A stretch of 27,975 bases of DNA from a virus (Duplodnaviria; Caudoviricetes): positions 1 to 27,975 of the IMG/VR virus record IMGVR_UViG_3300020500_000005, one strand, 5' to 3'. Shown one piece after another: positions 17,319 through 25,713 of the stretch. The translations under genes and the position numbers were made by a program. The notes beneath the pieces were generated by a model, which did no database searches, was not told the origin of the DNA, and worked only from the letters and a program-made list of their open reading frames with translations. Numbering within the stretch: the first letter of the stretch is position 1; every line of letters begins with the position of its first letter.

Positions 17319-18335
17319 TTATACACAACCCACCCATTGTATGGGAATAGCTTGAATATGAAGAGGGTGTACATTTATTTCTTGAACATCATCATTTATA
17401 GTACTTCCTGTAAATGACCCTGTAGCACTTCCTGTAAATGTATGAGAATGTAATCCTGAGTAACCTAATTGTTTTCTAGAACCACAGTCAGAAGTATCAG
17501 CTGTCTCAATACCTCTTGTTATTAAAGGATCATCTCCCCAAGGGTAAGCATCAGGATTACTAACATCTACACAAGAATCTCCTCCTTCTTCGTATTCAAC
17601 TTTTATTTTATGACTATGTTTACCTGCTTCATTAGTAGTACCTGTTACAGTAAAATTAGCATTGGTAACAAAAGATACTGGTGGAATATTTGTAGCATCT
17701 AATAAAACTGTATTACTTCCACTTGGAGTTGTAGTTGCACTAGGACCATATTTTATAAATGGAAAAGTTAAATTAACAGTATCTATAACTTTAATAGTAC
17801 CATTATTACCATTTGCAATTGCCCACCCAGCCATTGGTGTATTAGCTAATCCTAATCCTGTTGGACTAAAATCTGTTACAAGTCCAAAATAAGGAAGAAT
17901 AGTTTTAGGTGGTACAAGTCCATTTAATTTAAAAGTATTTACTGCAGTTCCTGGAGTAAAAGTTACTCTACTAGGATCACAAGAAGTTACAGTAACAGGT
18001 TTTGTTAATATTAAACTATTTACTTGATTTTGTAAATTTGTTAATTGAGTATTTAAAGTTTGCAATTGAGTACAATAAGCAGATTCAGTATCTAAAATAC
18101 TTTGTAATACTGTCTGCAATGAAGTTTTTGTTAAATTAATACAAGGACTATTTTCAACTAATCCTGTAAAATCTAATTGATTCTGTAAAACTCCTATACA
18201 ATTATCTATTTTAGCAATTACAGAAGTAAGTAATTCCCCATTAGTAATTGTGTTTCCATTACATATAACTAAGTTTGGTCCAGAGTATTGAATTACTCCA
18301 GTATTACTTTCTATAGGATTACAATCATCACACAT
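17319..18335 (-). CDS. Tail fibre protein with tail-collar-like domain
   Basis: 338 aa with a coiled coil, VPPKTILPYFG...GWAIANGNNGT (collar-like) and HSH motifs (GKHSH, GLHSHTF) typical of fibre tips. Confidence 0.7.
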   Translation of the reverse strand: MCDDCNPIESNTGVIQYSGPNLVICNGNTITNGELLTSVIAKIDNCIGVLQNQLDFTGLVENSPCINLTKTSLQTVLQSILDTESAYCTQLQTLNTQLTNLQNQVNSLILTKPVTVTSCDPSRVTFTPGTAVNTFKLNGLVPPKTILPYFGLVTDFSPTGLGLANTPMAGWAIANGNNGTIKVIDTVNLTFPFIKYGPSATTTPSGSNTVLLDATNIPPVSFVTNANFTVTGTTNEAGKHSHKIKVEYEEGGDSCVDVSNPDAYPWGDDPLITRGIETADTSDCGSRKQLGYSGLHSHTFTGSATGSFTGSTINDDVQEINVHPLHIQAIPIQWVGCV

Positions 18336-18356
18336 ATTTTTTGTTTTAATAGTTTA

Positions 18357-18376
18357 CAAAACTATAAATAAATTTT
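18357..18376 (-). promoter_or_regulatory. Putative promoter (-7 TAGTTTTG with upstream AAAATTTAT)
   Basis: TAnnTTTG match 21 nt upstream of the ATG at 18335. Confidence 0.5.
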
Positions 18377-18382
18377 AAGTTT

Positions 18383-18991
18383 TTATTTAATTTTTTCAAT
18401 CAAAGAAGTTATAGTTTTTTCATTTAAACATTGTAATGTATTTATTACATCAAAATCTACATATTCATAAGAAAACTCTTCTTCATACACATAAGATTCA
18501 TTAGAAAATATTTCATTTGTAATTGCATCATATTGAAAATTAAAAAATCCTAAATAATTAGTATTTTCTAATATTAATAATACTTTTTCTACATCTTCTA
18601 CAGAATTTAATTGGCAATTTATCCATAATGAATAAATATAAAATCCTTCTGTATTAGGAATAGTTGGAAGCTCAAATCTAAATTCTCTAGTAGTATCTAC
18701 TGTTTTAGTACTTGTTTTAACAATTAATTCTATTTTATTTCCTACAATTTTATTAAACCTTTTTATTGTTTTAACAGTACCGTCTTCATTACTTGTACAA
18801 CTATAAAACAATTTACTCATTTCTGGTAAATTAAAATTATTTTCTAAAAGTTGTTTTGTATGTATTAATTTTTGTAATTTATCTTTACAAACTTTGTATC
18901 CGTAAGTTTCAGATCTACAAAAAGATTGCACCAATTTTGAAATTTGGGAATCTAAATCACACAATAAATGTTTATAAGTACTTAACTTCAT
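18383..18991 (-). CDS. Putative tail hub/structural protein
   Basis: 202 aa ending QCLNEKTITSLIEKIK. Paired with the 188 aa gene upstream of the fibre genes; function inferred from synteny. Confidence 0.45.
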   Translation of the reverse strand: MKLSTYKHLLCDLDSQISKLVQSFCRSETYGYKVCKDKLQKLIHTKQLLENNFNLPEMSKLFYSCTSNEDGTVKTIKRFNKIVGNKIELIVKTSTKTVDTTREFRFELPTIPNTEGFYIYSLWINCQLNSVEDVEKVLLILENTNYLGFFNFQYDAITNEIFSNESYVYEEEFSYEYVDFDVINTLQCLNEKTITSLIEKIK

Positions 18992-18999
18992 TTTTTATT

Positions 19000-19566
19000 T
19001 TATTTGCATCCACAATCAATATTTAACACTCCTAACTTATATTGAAGACATTGGTATATTTCAGTGGCAGTTTCTTTTTTACAAAGACTAGCTGAAGATT
19101 TTAATCCTTCTCTATATAATTTTAAAGTTTCAATATCTTTTGTTTCTTGAGTTAATTTACCTGTACAATCATTTTCATTACAACATTTATTTTGTAAAAG
19201 TTCTAATGTTTTCTTATCAATAGTACAATCTAATTGGCATGTATTAAAGTAACAAAAAGTTTCTTTATTAACTACTAAAGGACTATTAGGATTTAATTGT
19301 TGTTCTACAACTAATTCCATAGTATAATATCCTTCAGTAATATCTTGTAAATATTTACTAAGGTTAGTTTGTTGTCCTAAATTTTTAGCATTTAAAGTAA
19401 GTTGGCCTTCAAAAGGAATTAATAGTTTTTTAGTAACAGTTTGCCCTGGCACCAATACATTAATATAAGTTGATTTAATTGCACCTAATGTTAAATCATA
19501 CTCTGAAGTATTATTTACATAAATATATGTACAACTATGTTGGCTAAATTCTAAGTTTAAATTCAT
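19000..19566 (-). CDS. Putative tail hub protein
   Basis: 188 aa with DITEGYYTMELVV, a beta-rich N-half and a Cys-rich helical C-half ending DCGCK. Function inferred from recalled crAss-like pattern and position. Confidence 0.5.
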   Translation of the reverse strand: MNLNLEFSQHSCTYIYVNNTSEYDLTLGAIKSTYINVLVPGQTVTKKLLIPFEGQLTLNAKNLGQQTNLSKYLQDITEGYYTMELVVEQQLNPNSPLVVNKETFCYFNTCQLDCTIDKKTLELLQNKCCNENDCTGKLTQETKDIETLKLYREGLKSSASLCKKETATEIYQCLQYKLGVLNIDCGCK

Positions 19567-19568
19567 TT

Positions 19569-20237
19569 TTATTTATTTTTAAAACTCTCGTATAAGTTTA
19601 ATATATCCTCTACTATTGGATCTCTATGATTAGTTAATAGTGCTACTTTTTCAAATTTATTTAAACCATTTTCTTTTAAATAATCTAAAAATTTAATTCC
19701 TGAAGTAACATTACGAGCTAAATCTATTTGATTCACATCTCCACATAACATCATTTTACTTCCTTTCCCTAACCTCTCCATAACCATCTTAACCTGTGAT
19801 TCTGTAGTATTTTGAACTTCATCCACTATAATTACAGCATCACAAAAAGTACTTCCTCTCATATAAGCAAATGGTCTTATTTGTATAATACCATCTTGTA
19901 TCATTTTATCTACCTTTTCTTTTTTATACAATGCATAAAAATTTTGATAGATTGCTTGAACATAAGGGTCAAGCTTTTCCTCTAAACCACCTGGTAAAAA
20001 TCCAAGTTTTTCTCCTGCTTCTACAGCAGGTCTTGTTATTATTATATGTTTTACTTGCTTTTTAAAAAACAAATCTAAAGCCACTTGGCAGCATAATAAT
20101 GTCTTACCAGACCCTGCCTTTCCTGAAATATAAGTAATGCTATTATCTAATATAACTGCTTTTGCTACCTTTTGTTCAGAATTTAAGCTAATTTGAAACT
20201 TAATATTTTTTTCTCTTTCATTTGCAAAGTCTGACAT
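19569..20237 (-). CDS. phoH: PhoH-family ATPase
   Basis: Motifs GKAGSGKT, ITRPAVE, LGFLPG, AYMRGSTF, DEVQN, GDVNQID and HRDPIV. Confidence 0.95.
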   Translation of the reverse strand: MSDFANEREKNIKFQISLNSEQKVAKAVILDNSITYISGKAGSGKTLLCCQVALDLFFKKQVKHIIITRPAVEAGEKLGFLPGGLEEKLDPYVQAIYQNFYALYKKEKVDKMIQDGIIQIRPFAYMRGSTFCDAVIIVDEVQNTTESQVKMVMERLGKGSKMMLCGDVNQIDLARNVTSGIKFLDYLKENGLNKFEKVALLTNHRDPIVEDILNLYESFKNK

Positions 20238-20259
20238 AAATGTTTTTTAGGTTAAAATG

Positions 20260-20279
20260 CAAATATGAGAATTAATTTT
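20260..20279 (-). promoter_or_regulatory. Putative promoter (variant -7 box CATATTTG with upstream AAAATTAAT)
   Basis: One mismatch to TAnnTTTG, 22 nt upstream of the phoH ATG. Confidence 0.4.
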
Positions 20280-20286
20280 GAGTTTA

Positions 20287-20568
20287 TTAAATAAAAGTTT
20301 GATTATATTCTCCTGATAAATTATATTCTACACTTAACTTATTAATATTTTCTCCAATATAAACTGCAGAAATCAATTCAAAGTCTTTATTATCTTTAAC
20401 TTTTAAAGTATTATATTTATCTTGAGCTTTTTTAACTTCTTCTTTTGGAGCCTTACTTTCTACATTTTCAATAGTAGTTGTAACTAATTTAGTTTCCTCA
20501 TTTTTAGTGTCAACTTTATTGGTAGTGATTTCTACCCAATTATTATTTTTTAATTTTAAATATTTCAT
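20287..20568 (-). CDS. Small fibre-associated protein, paralogue of 22542..22877
   Basis: 93 aa. MK......WVE and Y..LK.....F/Y.LISA are shared with the 111 aa protein. Confidence 0.7.
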   Translation of the reverse strand: MKYLKLKNNNWVEITTNKVDTKNEETKLVTTTIENVESKAPKEEVKKAQDKYNTLKVKDNKDFELISAVYIGENINKLSVEYNLSGEYNQTFI

Positions 20569-20572
20569 ATTC

Positions 20573-21850
20573 TTATATATTATTTGTTGTTGTATTTAAA
20601 TTATTAATAGGATTATTATTCCAATCTAAACAATATGCTAATATTGAAGCTCCTAAATAACTAGGATTCATTCCTGTTGTAAAATAAGCATTTCCAGTAA
20701 ATTTACCAAATGTATTACCTAAAAAACTATCATTTCCTGCTTTACAGTAATAAAAATTACCTGTTGACTCGTTAGTACCAAAACTTTCTTCTCCTGCTTC
20801 ACAATTATAAAAACTGCCTCCTGCAATCAAATCTGGCCAACCTTGTTTACCTGCACCAAAAGAATTATTTCCACCTTTACAGTTTTTATAAATGCTATTA
20901 GCAATATTTGCACCAAAGGATTCATCTCCTCCTACACAATTAATAAATGAATTGTCATCACTATTCTTAACTGAAAAAGAATTATCTCCTGCTTTGCAAT
21001 TATTTAATTGAGATGTTTCTATAGTAGCTGATTCTCCAGGTACATTAGTTCTTCCAAAAGAACCCCTATCAGCAGTACAATTTGTTAATGTAGAACCAAA
21101 AATTCCCTTTTCACATCCAAAAGATTCCATTCCTGATTCGCAATCATTTAAGATTGATTCAGGAATTACAAAAAAACCAAAACTTTGAGCACCAGCTAAA
21201 CAATTTTTTAATACACTACTTTCTAATTGATAACCAAATGAAAAATCTAAAGCAGTGCAATTTTCTAATGTAGAACTTATTAATATTTCTTGATTACTTG
21301 AATCCCCAAAAGAACTAAATCCTCCTTTACAATTTTTAAAATTACCTGCAACTTTACCCTCAAAAGTAGTATTTGAAAAACTGTAATCTCCTCCAATTAT
21401 ATTTTCAAAATAATTATTATCGAAACCATCACTTATAATAAGTCTATTATTTAAAGTGGTTAAATTAAATCCTTTTATTTTAATATCTGAAGTAGTAACT
21501 TTTATAGCAGTATTACTATTAGAACAAGTTAAAAATACATCTGCATCTCCTGTTAATGAAATTAAATCTACATAAGGAGTATCCATTTCTAAAGTATCAA
21601 AAAAATCATACTTTCCTGGGGCTACTAATACAGTAACTCTATTAGTATCAGACAAAAGTTGCCCATTTGGAGTCAAAGTTTTTGCAAAAGCTAATTTGTC
21701 TACTAATTCAGTACCATTACTAAAAGTATTAAAAAGATTACCATAAACTACTATATAATTATTACCTTTTAGTTGCTCTTTTGCTTCTAGTTTATCTTCT
21801 AATATTAATAAACTATTACCTAAATCTGAGTTTGTTATTAATGTTGCCAT
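20573..21850 (-). CDS. Beta-helix fibre/spike protein with NCxxGxxSFG repeats, paralogue of 22893..23897
   Basis: 425 aa with RVTVLVAPGKYDF and MDTPYVDLISLTG, then many C-x-(A/G)-G-x-x-SFG repeats. Confidence 0.75.
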   Translation of the reverse strand: MATLITNSDLGNSLLILEDKLEAKEQLKGNNYIVVYGNLFNTFSNGTELVDKLAFAKTLTPNGQLLSDTNRVTVLVAPGKYDFFDTLEMDTPYVDLISLTGDADVFLTCSNSNTAIKVTTSDIKIKGFNLTTLNNRLIISDGFDNNYFENIIGGDYSFSNTTFEGKVAGNFKNCKGGFSSFGDSSNQEILISSTLENCTALDFSFGYQLESSVLKNCLAGAQSFGFFVIPESILNDCESGMESFGCEKGIFGSTLTNCTADRGSFGRTNVPGESATIETSQLNNCKAGDNSFSVKNSDDNSFINCVGGDESFGANIANSIYKNCKGGNNSFGAGKQGWPDLIAGGSFYNCEAGEESFGTNESTGNFYYCKAGNDSFLGNTFGKFTGNAYFTTGMNPSYLGASILAYCLDWNNNPINNLNTTTNNI

Positions 21851-21881
21851 TTTTTATATTTTTATTTTATTATTATAATTT

Positions 21882-22475
21882 TTAATATCCCCATCCTAAA
21901 GTGTTTCCTGCTAAATCTGTTATTTGAACTGTAGTTCCATTTGTATTAGTAGGAAGAATATATCCTATTAAATTACCTGCTAAATCATTTAGTGGTACTA
22001 AGGTTTCGGTACAAACAATATTATCAGGAAAGATATATGCAATATGATTACCTGCTAAATCTAATAGATCCACTGTAGCATTTGCTAAACTACAACCACC
22101 ACAAGATACTAATCCACAACAGATTAGCAAATTAGTTACTATCTTGTCAAAGTTCAAAGTTTCAATAGTAGCTTTTGGTCTAATCTGACCTCCATCTATC
22201 CACCATTGATATGCTCCTTCTGGAATACATAAACTTGTTCCTTTTTTACAATTATAAATATCTAGGATAAGTTTTGTAAGTGAAATAAATTTATTTTTAG
22301 GTTTTTTATTAGATTTAATTAAATAAGCTTTTTTTATGTAAGTATTTGTTGTAGCATTACATGTTAAATTATAACAATTAAATATATCACATAATATATT
22401 ACTAAAACTAGTATAACCTGCTAATTTAGCAGATTTACTTTGTCCTTTAAAAATTGCTTCAGATATTATATACAT
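21882..22475 (-). CDS. Cys-rich adaptor-like protein with 3x DLAGN repeats, paralogue of 23917..24363
   Basis: 197 aa. SEAI.KG, DIF.C.NL.C, IKKAYL, DIYNC, QWWI, IRP..TIET and CC are shared with the 148 aa protein. Confidence 0.7.
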   Translation of the reverse strand: MYIISEAIFKGQSKSAKLAGYTSFSNILCDIFNCYNLTCNATTNTYIKKAYLIKSNKKPKNKFISLTKLILDIYNCKKGTSLCIPEGAYQWWIDGGQIRPKATIETLNFDKIVTNLLICCGLVSCGGCSLANATVDLLDLAGNHIAYIFPDNIVCTETLVPLNDLAGNLIGYILPTNTNGTTVQITDLAGNTLGWGY

Positions 22476-22498
22476 ATAATATTATTTATTGTGTATAA

Positions 22499-22528
22499 AT
22501 AAGCACTTACCTTTTGATAAGTGCTTAT
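22499..22528 (-). terminator. Stem-loop between the duplicated cassettes (terminator/attenuator)
   Basis: ATAAGCACTTA (22499-22509) / TAAGTGCTTAT (22518-22528), 11 bp perfect, with only a short T-tract. Confidence 0.6.
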
Positions 22529-22541
22529 AAATTTATTTTTT

Positions 22542-22877
22542 TTAAAATCTTATTTGTTTGTGTTCTGTGTTAACTCTGAAGTTAATAATTCCTGTAAATA
22601 CATTTTCAGATTTCTCAGAAAAGTCAGCAGAAATTAATTGATAAACATCTTCTTCTTTTAATTCAGGCTTTAAAGAAGTATAAACTGTATTTAACTTTTC
22701 AGATAATTCAGAAGATACTGCTCCTTCTTTTAATTCTTTAATCTTTGCTATTAATTCAGATTTAGCTTCTGCATCTGTTTCTTTAGTAGATTGTATTAAC
22801 TTTATTTGAGATTCTGTTAATTCTATAGGTAATAATTCTACCCAAGTTCCTTCTATAGTTGATTGATAATTTTTCAT
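22542..22877 (-). CDS. Small acidic fibre-associated protein
   Basis: 111 aa, paralogue of 20287..20568. It follows a beta-helix gene. Confidence 0.7.
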   Translation of the reverse strand: MKNYQSTIEGTWVELLPIELTESQIKLIQSTKETDAEAKSELIAKIKELKEGAVSSELSEKLNTVYTSLKPELKEEDVYQLISADFSEKSENVFTGIINFRVNTEHKQIRF

Positions 22878-22892
22878 ATTTTTATTTTATTA

Positions 22893-23897
22893 TTATAATT
22901 TATTTTGAGGAGTAAATCCTTGATTATTTGGTTCTCCATTTCCATCTACACAATATACAGTTTTACCTGCCCCAGTTACTGTTTCAAATGTTCCAGAAGT
23001 TAAACGACAGTAATATAAAAACCCATCTAGTGTTCCAAAACCTCCAAATGAGGTAGATTCACCTATGCAGTTATTAAAAATACCGTTTGCTGTTCCATTA
23101 CCTCCAAATGAAACAGAAGTTCCTGTACAATTTGTATATGTACCTGAAGATACTCCTCCCATAAGTGACCCTCCAAATGAATAAGCTCCTGCTTTACAAT
23201 TTTCATATATTCCTGAAGATGTTGGAAACGTTGTGCCTCCTCCAAATGAATAAGCTCCTGCTTTACAATTAATAAAAGTACCTGAGGATCCACCGTTTCC
23301 TCCAAATGAAAAATCACCTCCTACACAATTTATATAAGTTCCTGCTGCATTAAACACTCCAAATGAATTATTTCCTCCCGTACAATTTTCTATTTTTAGT
23401 AAATTTAAAGAAGGATTAGTTTTAAATTGTTTAGTTTGTACATCTACTCCCTTTACAAAAACATCATTTGCAGTTATAAAAATTGAACCTTTTTCAGGAG
23501 TTGATAAGACAAGAGGAGCATTAAAAACAATACTTCTGTTTCCATCTAAAGACACTAAATCAATAAAATTAGTATCCATAGTAAATACATTAGATTCAAA
23601 ATTATAATTACCTGGGCCAGCTATAATCGTAATTCTTTTTGTTGATGTAGGTAATCTCATTTGAGCAGCAGTATAAGCTGCTTGAAGTTCTGCAGCATTT
23701 TCTATATCTGTACCATTAGCAGCCACATAAATATATTGGCTACCTTCTAATCCTCCTCCAAAAAGAGTTCCTAATTCTTCTACAGTTATTTTATCTGTAG
23801 AATTTGCACCTACTCTTACAATAGGTAAAACATCCACTACGGGATTTATTTGACTTCCTAATACATTAGAAAGCTCTGTTATTTTTACACTTGACAT
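22893..23897 (-). CDS. Beta-helix fibre/spike protein with NCxGGxxSFG repeats
   Basis: 334 aa with N-terminal VKITEL, RITIIAGPGNYNF, MDTNFIDLVSLDG and Gly/Cys repeats. Confidence 0.75.
   Translation of the reverse strand: MSSVKITELSNVLGSQINPVVDVLPIVRVGANSTDKITVEELGTLFGGGLEGSQYIYVAANGTDIENAAELQAAYTAAQMRLPTSTKRITIIAGPGNYNFESNVFTMDTNFIDLVSLDGNRSIVFNAPLVLSTPEKGSIFITANDVFVKGVDVQTKQFKTNPSLNLLKIENCTGGNNSFGVFNAAGTYINCVGGDFSFGGNGGSSGTFINCKAGAYSFGGGTTFPTSSGIYENCKAGAYSFGGSLMGGVSSGTYTNCTGTSVSFGGNGTANGIFNNCIGESTSFGGFGTLDGFLYYCRLTSGTFETVTGAGKTVYCVDGNGEPNNQGFTPQNKL
23170..23270. repeat. 32 bp exact direct repeat within the spike gene
   Basis: CCTCCAAATGAATAAGCTCCTGCTTTACAATT at 23170-23201 and 23239-23270 (69 nt offset), encoding NCKAGAYSFGG twice. 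Confidence 0.9.
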
Positions 23898-23916
23898 ATT
23901 TTTTTTATTTAATTTT

Positions 23917-24363
23917 TTATTTTATAATATATTGACCACTTTGAGTAAGTAAACAATTTGAATTTTGAGTAGTGATATTAGTTAATAAATTACAACATCC
24001 AAAAACTTTTTTAATTACTCCTGTAAAGCTAATAGTTTCAATAGTTTTTCTAGGTCTAATTACATCAGTAGTAATCCACCATTGTTCACTTCTTTGTCCT
24101 ACACAAAGATTTTTATTTAGTTGGCAATTGTAAATGTCCATCACTAATTTGTTTAATGACATCCAGTTTGCACCTGGTTTTTTTCTACCTCTTAATAAAT
24201 AAGCTTTTTTAATAAACAAATCTGTTTTATCTTCACAACAAGCGAGGTTAAAACAAGTAAAAATGTCGTTGACAATGTCTGTCATGTTAATAAAGGCACC
24301 TTGATTGACAAGTTTATGCTTGCCTTTATAAATTGCCTCTGAAAGAATTAAAGTATTTTTCAT
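23917..24363 (-). CDS. Cys-rich adaptor-like protein
   Basis: 148 aa, paralogue of 21882..22475, ending ITTQNSNCLLTQSGQYIIK. Confidence 0.7.
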   Translation of the reverse strand: MKNTLILSEAIYKGKHKLVNQGAFINMTDIVNDIFTCFNLACCEDKTDLFIKKAYLLRGRKKPGANWMSLNKLVMDIYNCQLNKNLCVGQRSEQWWITTDVIRPRKTIETISFTGVIKKVFGCCNLLTNITTQNSNCLLTQSGQYIIK

Positions 24364-24379
24364 GTATTTATATTTTCAA

Positions 24380-24399
24380 CAAAAATAAGTATTAATTTT
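24380..24399 (-). promoter_or_regulatory. Putative promoter (-7 TATTTTTG with upstream AAAATTAAT)
   Basis: TAnnTTTG match 16 nt upstream of the ATG at 24363, downstream of a terminator. Confidence 0.55.
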
Positions 24400-24425
24400 T
24401 ATATTATAAAAAATTTTTAGTATGT

Positions 24426-24461
24426 AAAAAAAATAGGTAGCAAAGAAATCTCTGCTACCTA
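24426..24461 (-). terminator. Intrinsic terminator
   Basis: TAGGTAGCA (24434-24442) / TGCTACCTA (24453-24461) with a T8 tract on the minus strand. Confidence 0.8.
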
Positions 24462-24515
24462 CTCCACACACAAAACAATATATTAATTAATAATATTCTT
24501 TTTTTGTAGAATGTC

Positions 24516-25691
24516 TTATAGACATTCAAGTTCAATTGTTTTACCACAAGGACCTGTTGTAACAAAAGCATTCAAAGTATTTTCTACTGCAGTTTGAGTA
24601 GTAGTATGTGCTTCTGGAACCAAGATAGTTGTGATAAAGTTTGGATTCCAATTCATACCATTTGCATTCTCATTTGGAGAAACTGTATGATAACCCAATA
24701 CATATTGGCAATATGTTTGATTACAATCAACTAACAAGTTTTTAGTTCTTGATACACCCAATTGAGCATAGTAAGGAGCTCCTGTAGTTTCAACTTCGCT
24801 GTTTAAACCATCGAAACCTGTACCACCTGGCATTTCATTATACTCTTCCCATTGTAATTTAGCACCATGACCTTCTGGCAATTGCATTCCTGTATTATCT
24901 ACAGAAACACTTGTAGAATTTGGAGCCCATCCTGAATTTAAAGTAACTTGAATAGATCCAATAGTATATCTATCAATAATAGCTTCTGCTGGAGGGAAAC
25001 ATCCACAATCTGCAGTGTTTACTTTGAAAGTAACTTCGATTGCACAAGAAAATCCTGGAGCAGGAACGATTGGTGCAACTGCATCTGCTGAAGTTTTTAC
25101 ACTTGCCACATATTTTGACAATAACTCATTTGACTCAATAGCAGCTTTGAATTTTAAAGCAACTTCTTCACAATCATGTGTGTAGTCGCAATCTCCATCA
25201 CATGTAGGACAATCTTCTGACTGTACTGAAATGGTTTCTACATGGTATCTATTTTCTGGATAGAAAAAGTTTAATGTAGGATCATTTACTTTGATACCAA
25301 TTGAGTAGTTTTGAGCACAATCTGTACAAGAAAAGTTAAACTTAGCTTTGTTAGAAGCACCTTCTTGAGGAGCTTTAACACTTGCATTATCCATTGAACA
25401 TGAAGTTAAAGTTTCTCCTGCTGCTAATCTAACTCCGTCTGAAGAAAGTTTAGAAGCGTTTTTGTCAACTCCAATAGCAACATAAATTGATTTTACTCCT
25501 ACAATAGTAGTAGCATCTACTGCTGTATTAGTTTCAGCATTGTAAAACCCGATTTGACCTGGTCTTAAAAGATATTGTTTAGAAGTAGCATTGTAAAATG
25601 CAGTACCAGTTGGAACAATACCATATCCTGTCGCACTACCTGCAACTGCAGAAGTAGGAAGGAACATTTGTTTTTGAATTCTTGATCTCAT
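24516..25691 (-). CDS. Putative auxiliary capsid protein (crAss gene 73-like)
   Basis: 391 aa with LRPGQIGFYN and PEGHGAKLQWEE. Third gene after the capsid gene and followed by a terminator; assignment mainly from synteny. Confidence 0.55.
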   Translation of the reverse strand: MRSRIQKQMFLPTSAVAGSATGYGIVPTGTAFYNATSKQYLLRPGQIGFYNAETNTAVDATTIVGVKSIYVAIGVDKNASKLSSDGVRLAAGETLTSCSMDNASVKAPQEGASNKAKFNFSCTDCAQNYSIGIKVNDPTLNFFYPENRYHVETISVQSEDCPTCDGDCDYTHDCEEVALKFKAAIESNELLSKYVASVKTSADAVAPIVPAPGFSCAIEVTFKVNTADCGCFPPAEAIIDRYTIGSIQVTLNSGWAPNSTSVSVDNTGMQLPEGHGAKLQWEEYNEMPGGTGFDGLNSEVETTGAPYYAQLGVSRTKNLLVDCNQTYCQYVLGYHTVSPNENANGMNWNPNFITTILVPEAHTTTQTAVENTLNAFVTTGPCGKTIELECL

Positions 25692-25713
25692 TTTGATTTT
25701 TATTTAAAGTTTG

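Noticed and set aside
23063-23317. 84 aa ORF with repeated ELIHLE
   Set aside because: Alternative-frame echo of the NCKAGAYSFGG repeats.
14294-24363. Diversity-generating retroelement or invertase shufflon acting on fibre genes
   Set aside because: No reverse transcriptase or recombinase, no adenine-specific TR/VR pair, and no inverted cassettes seen in this window.
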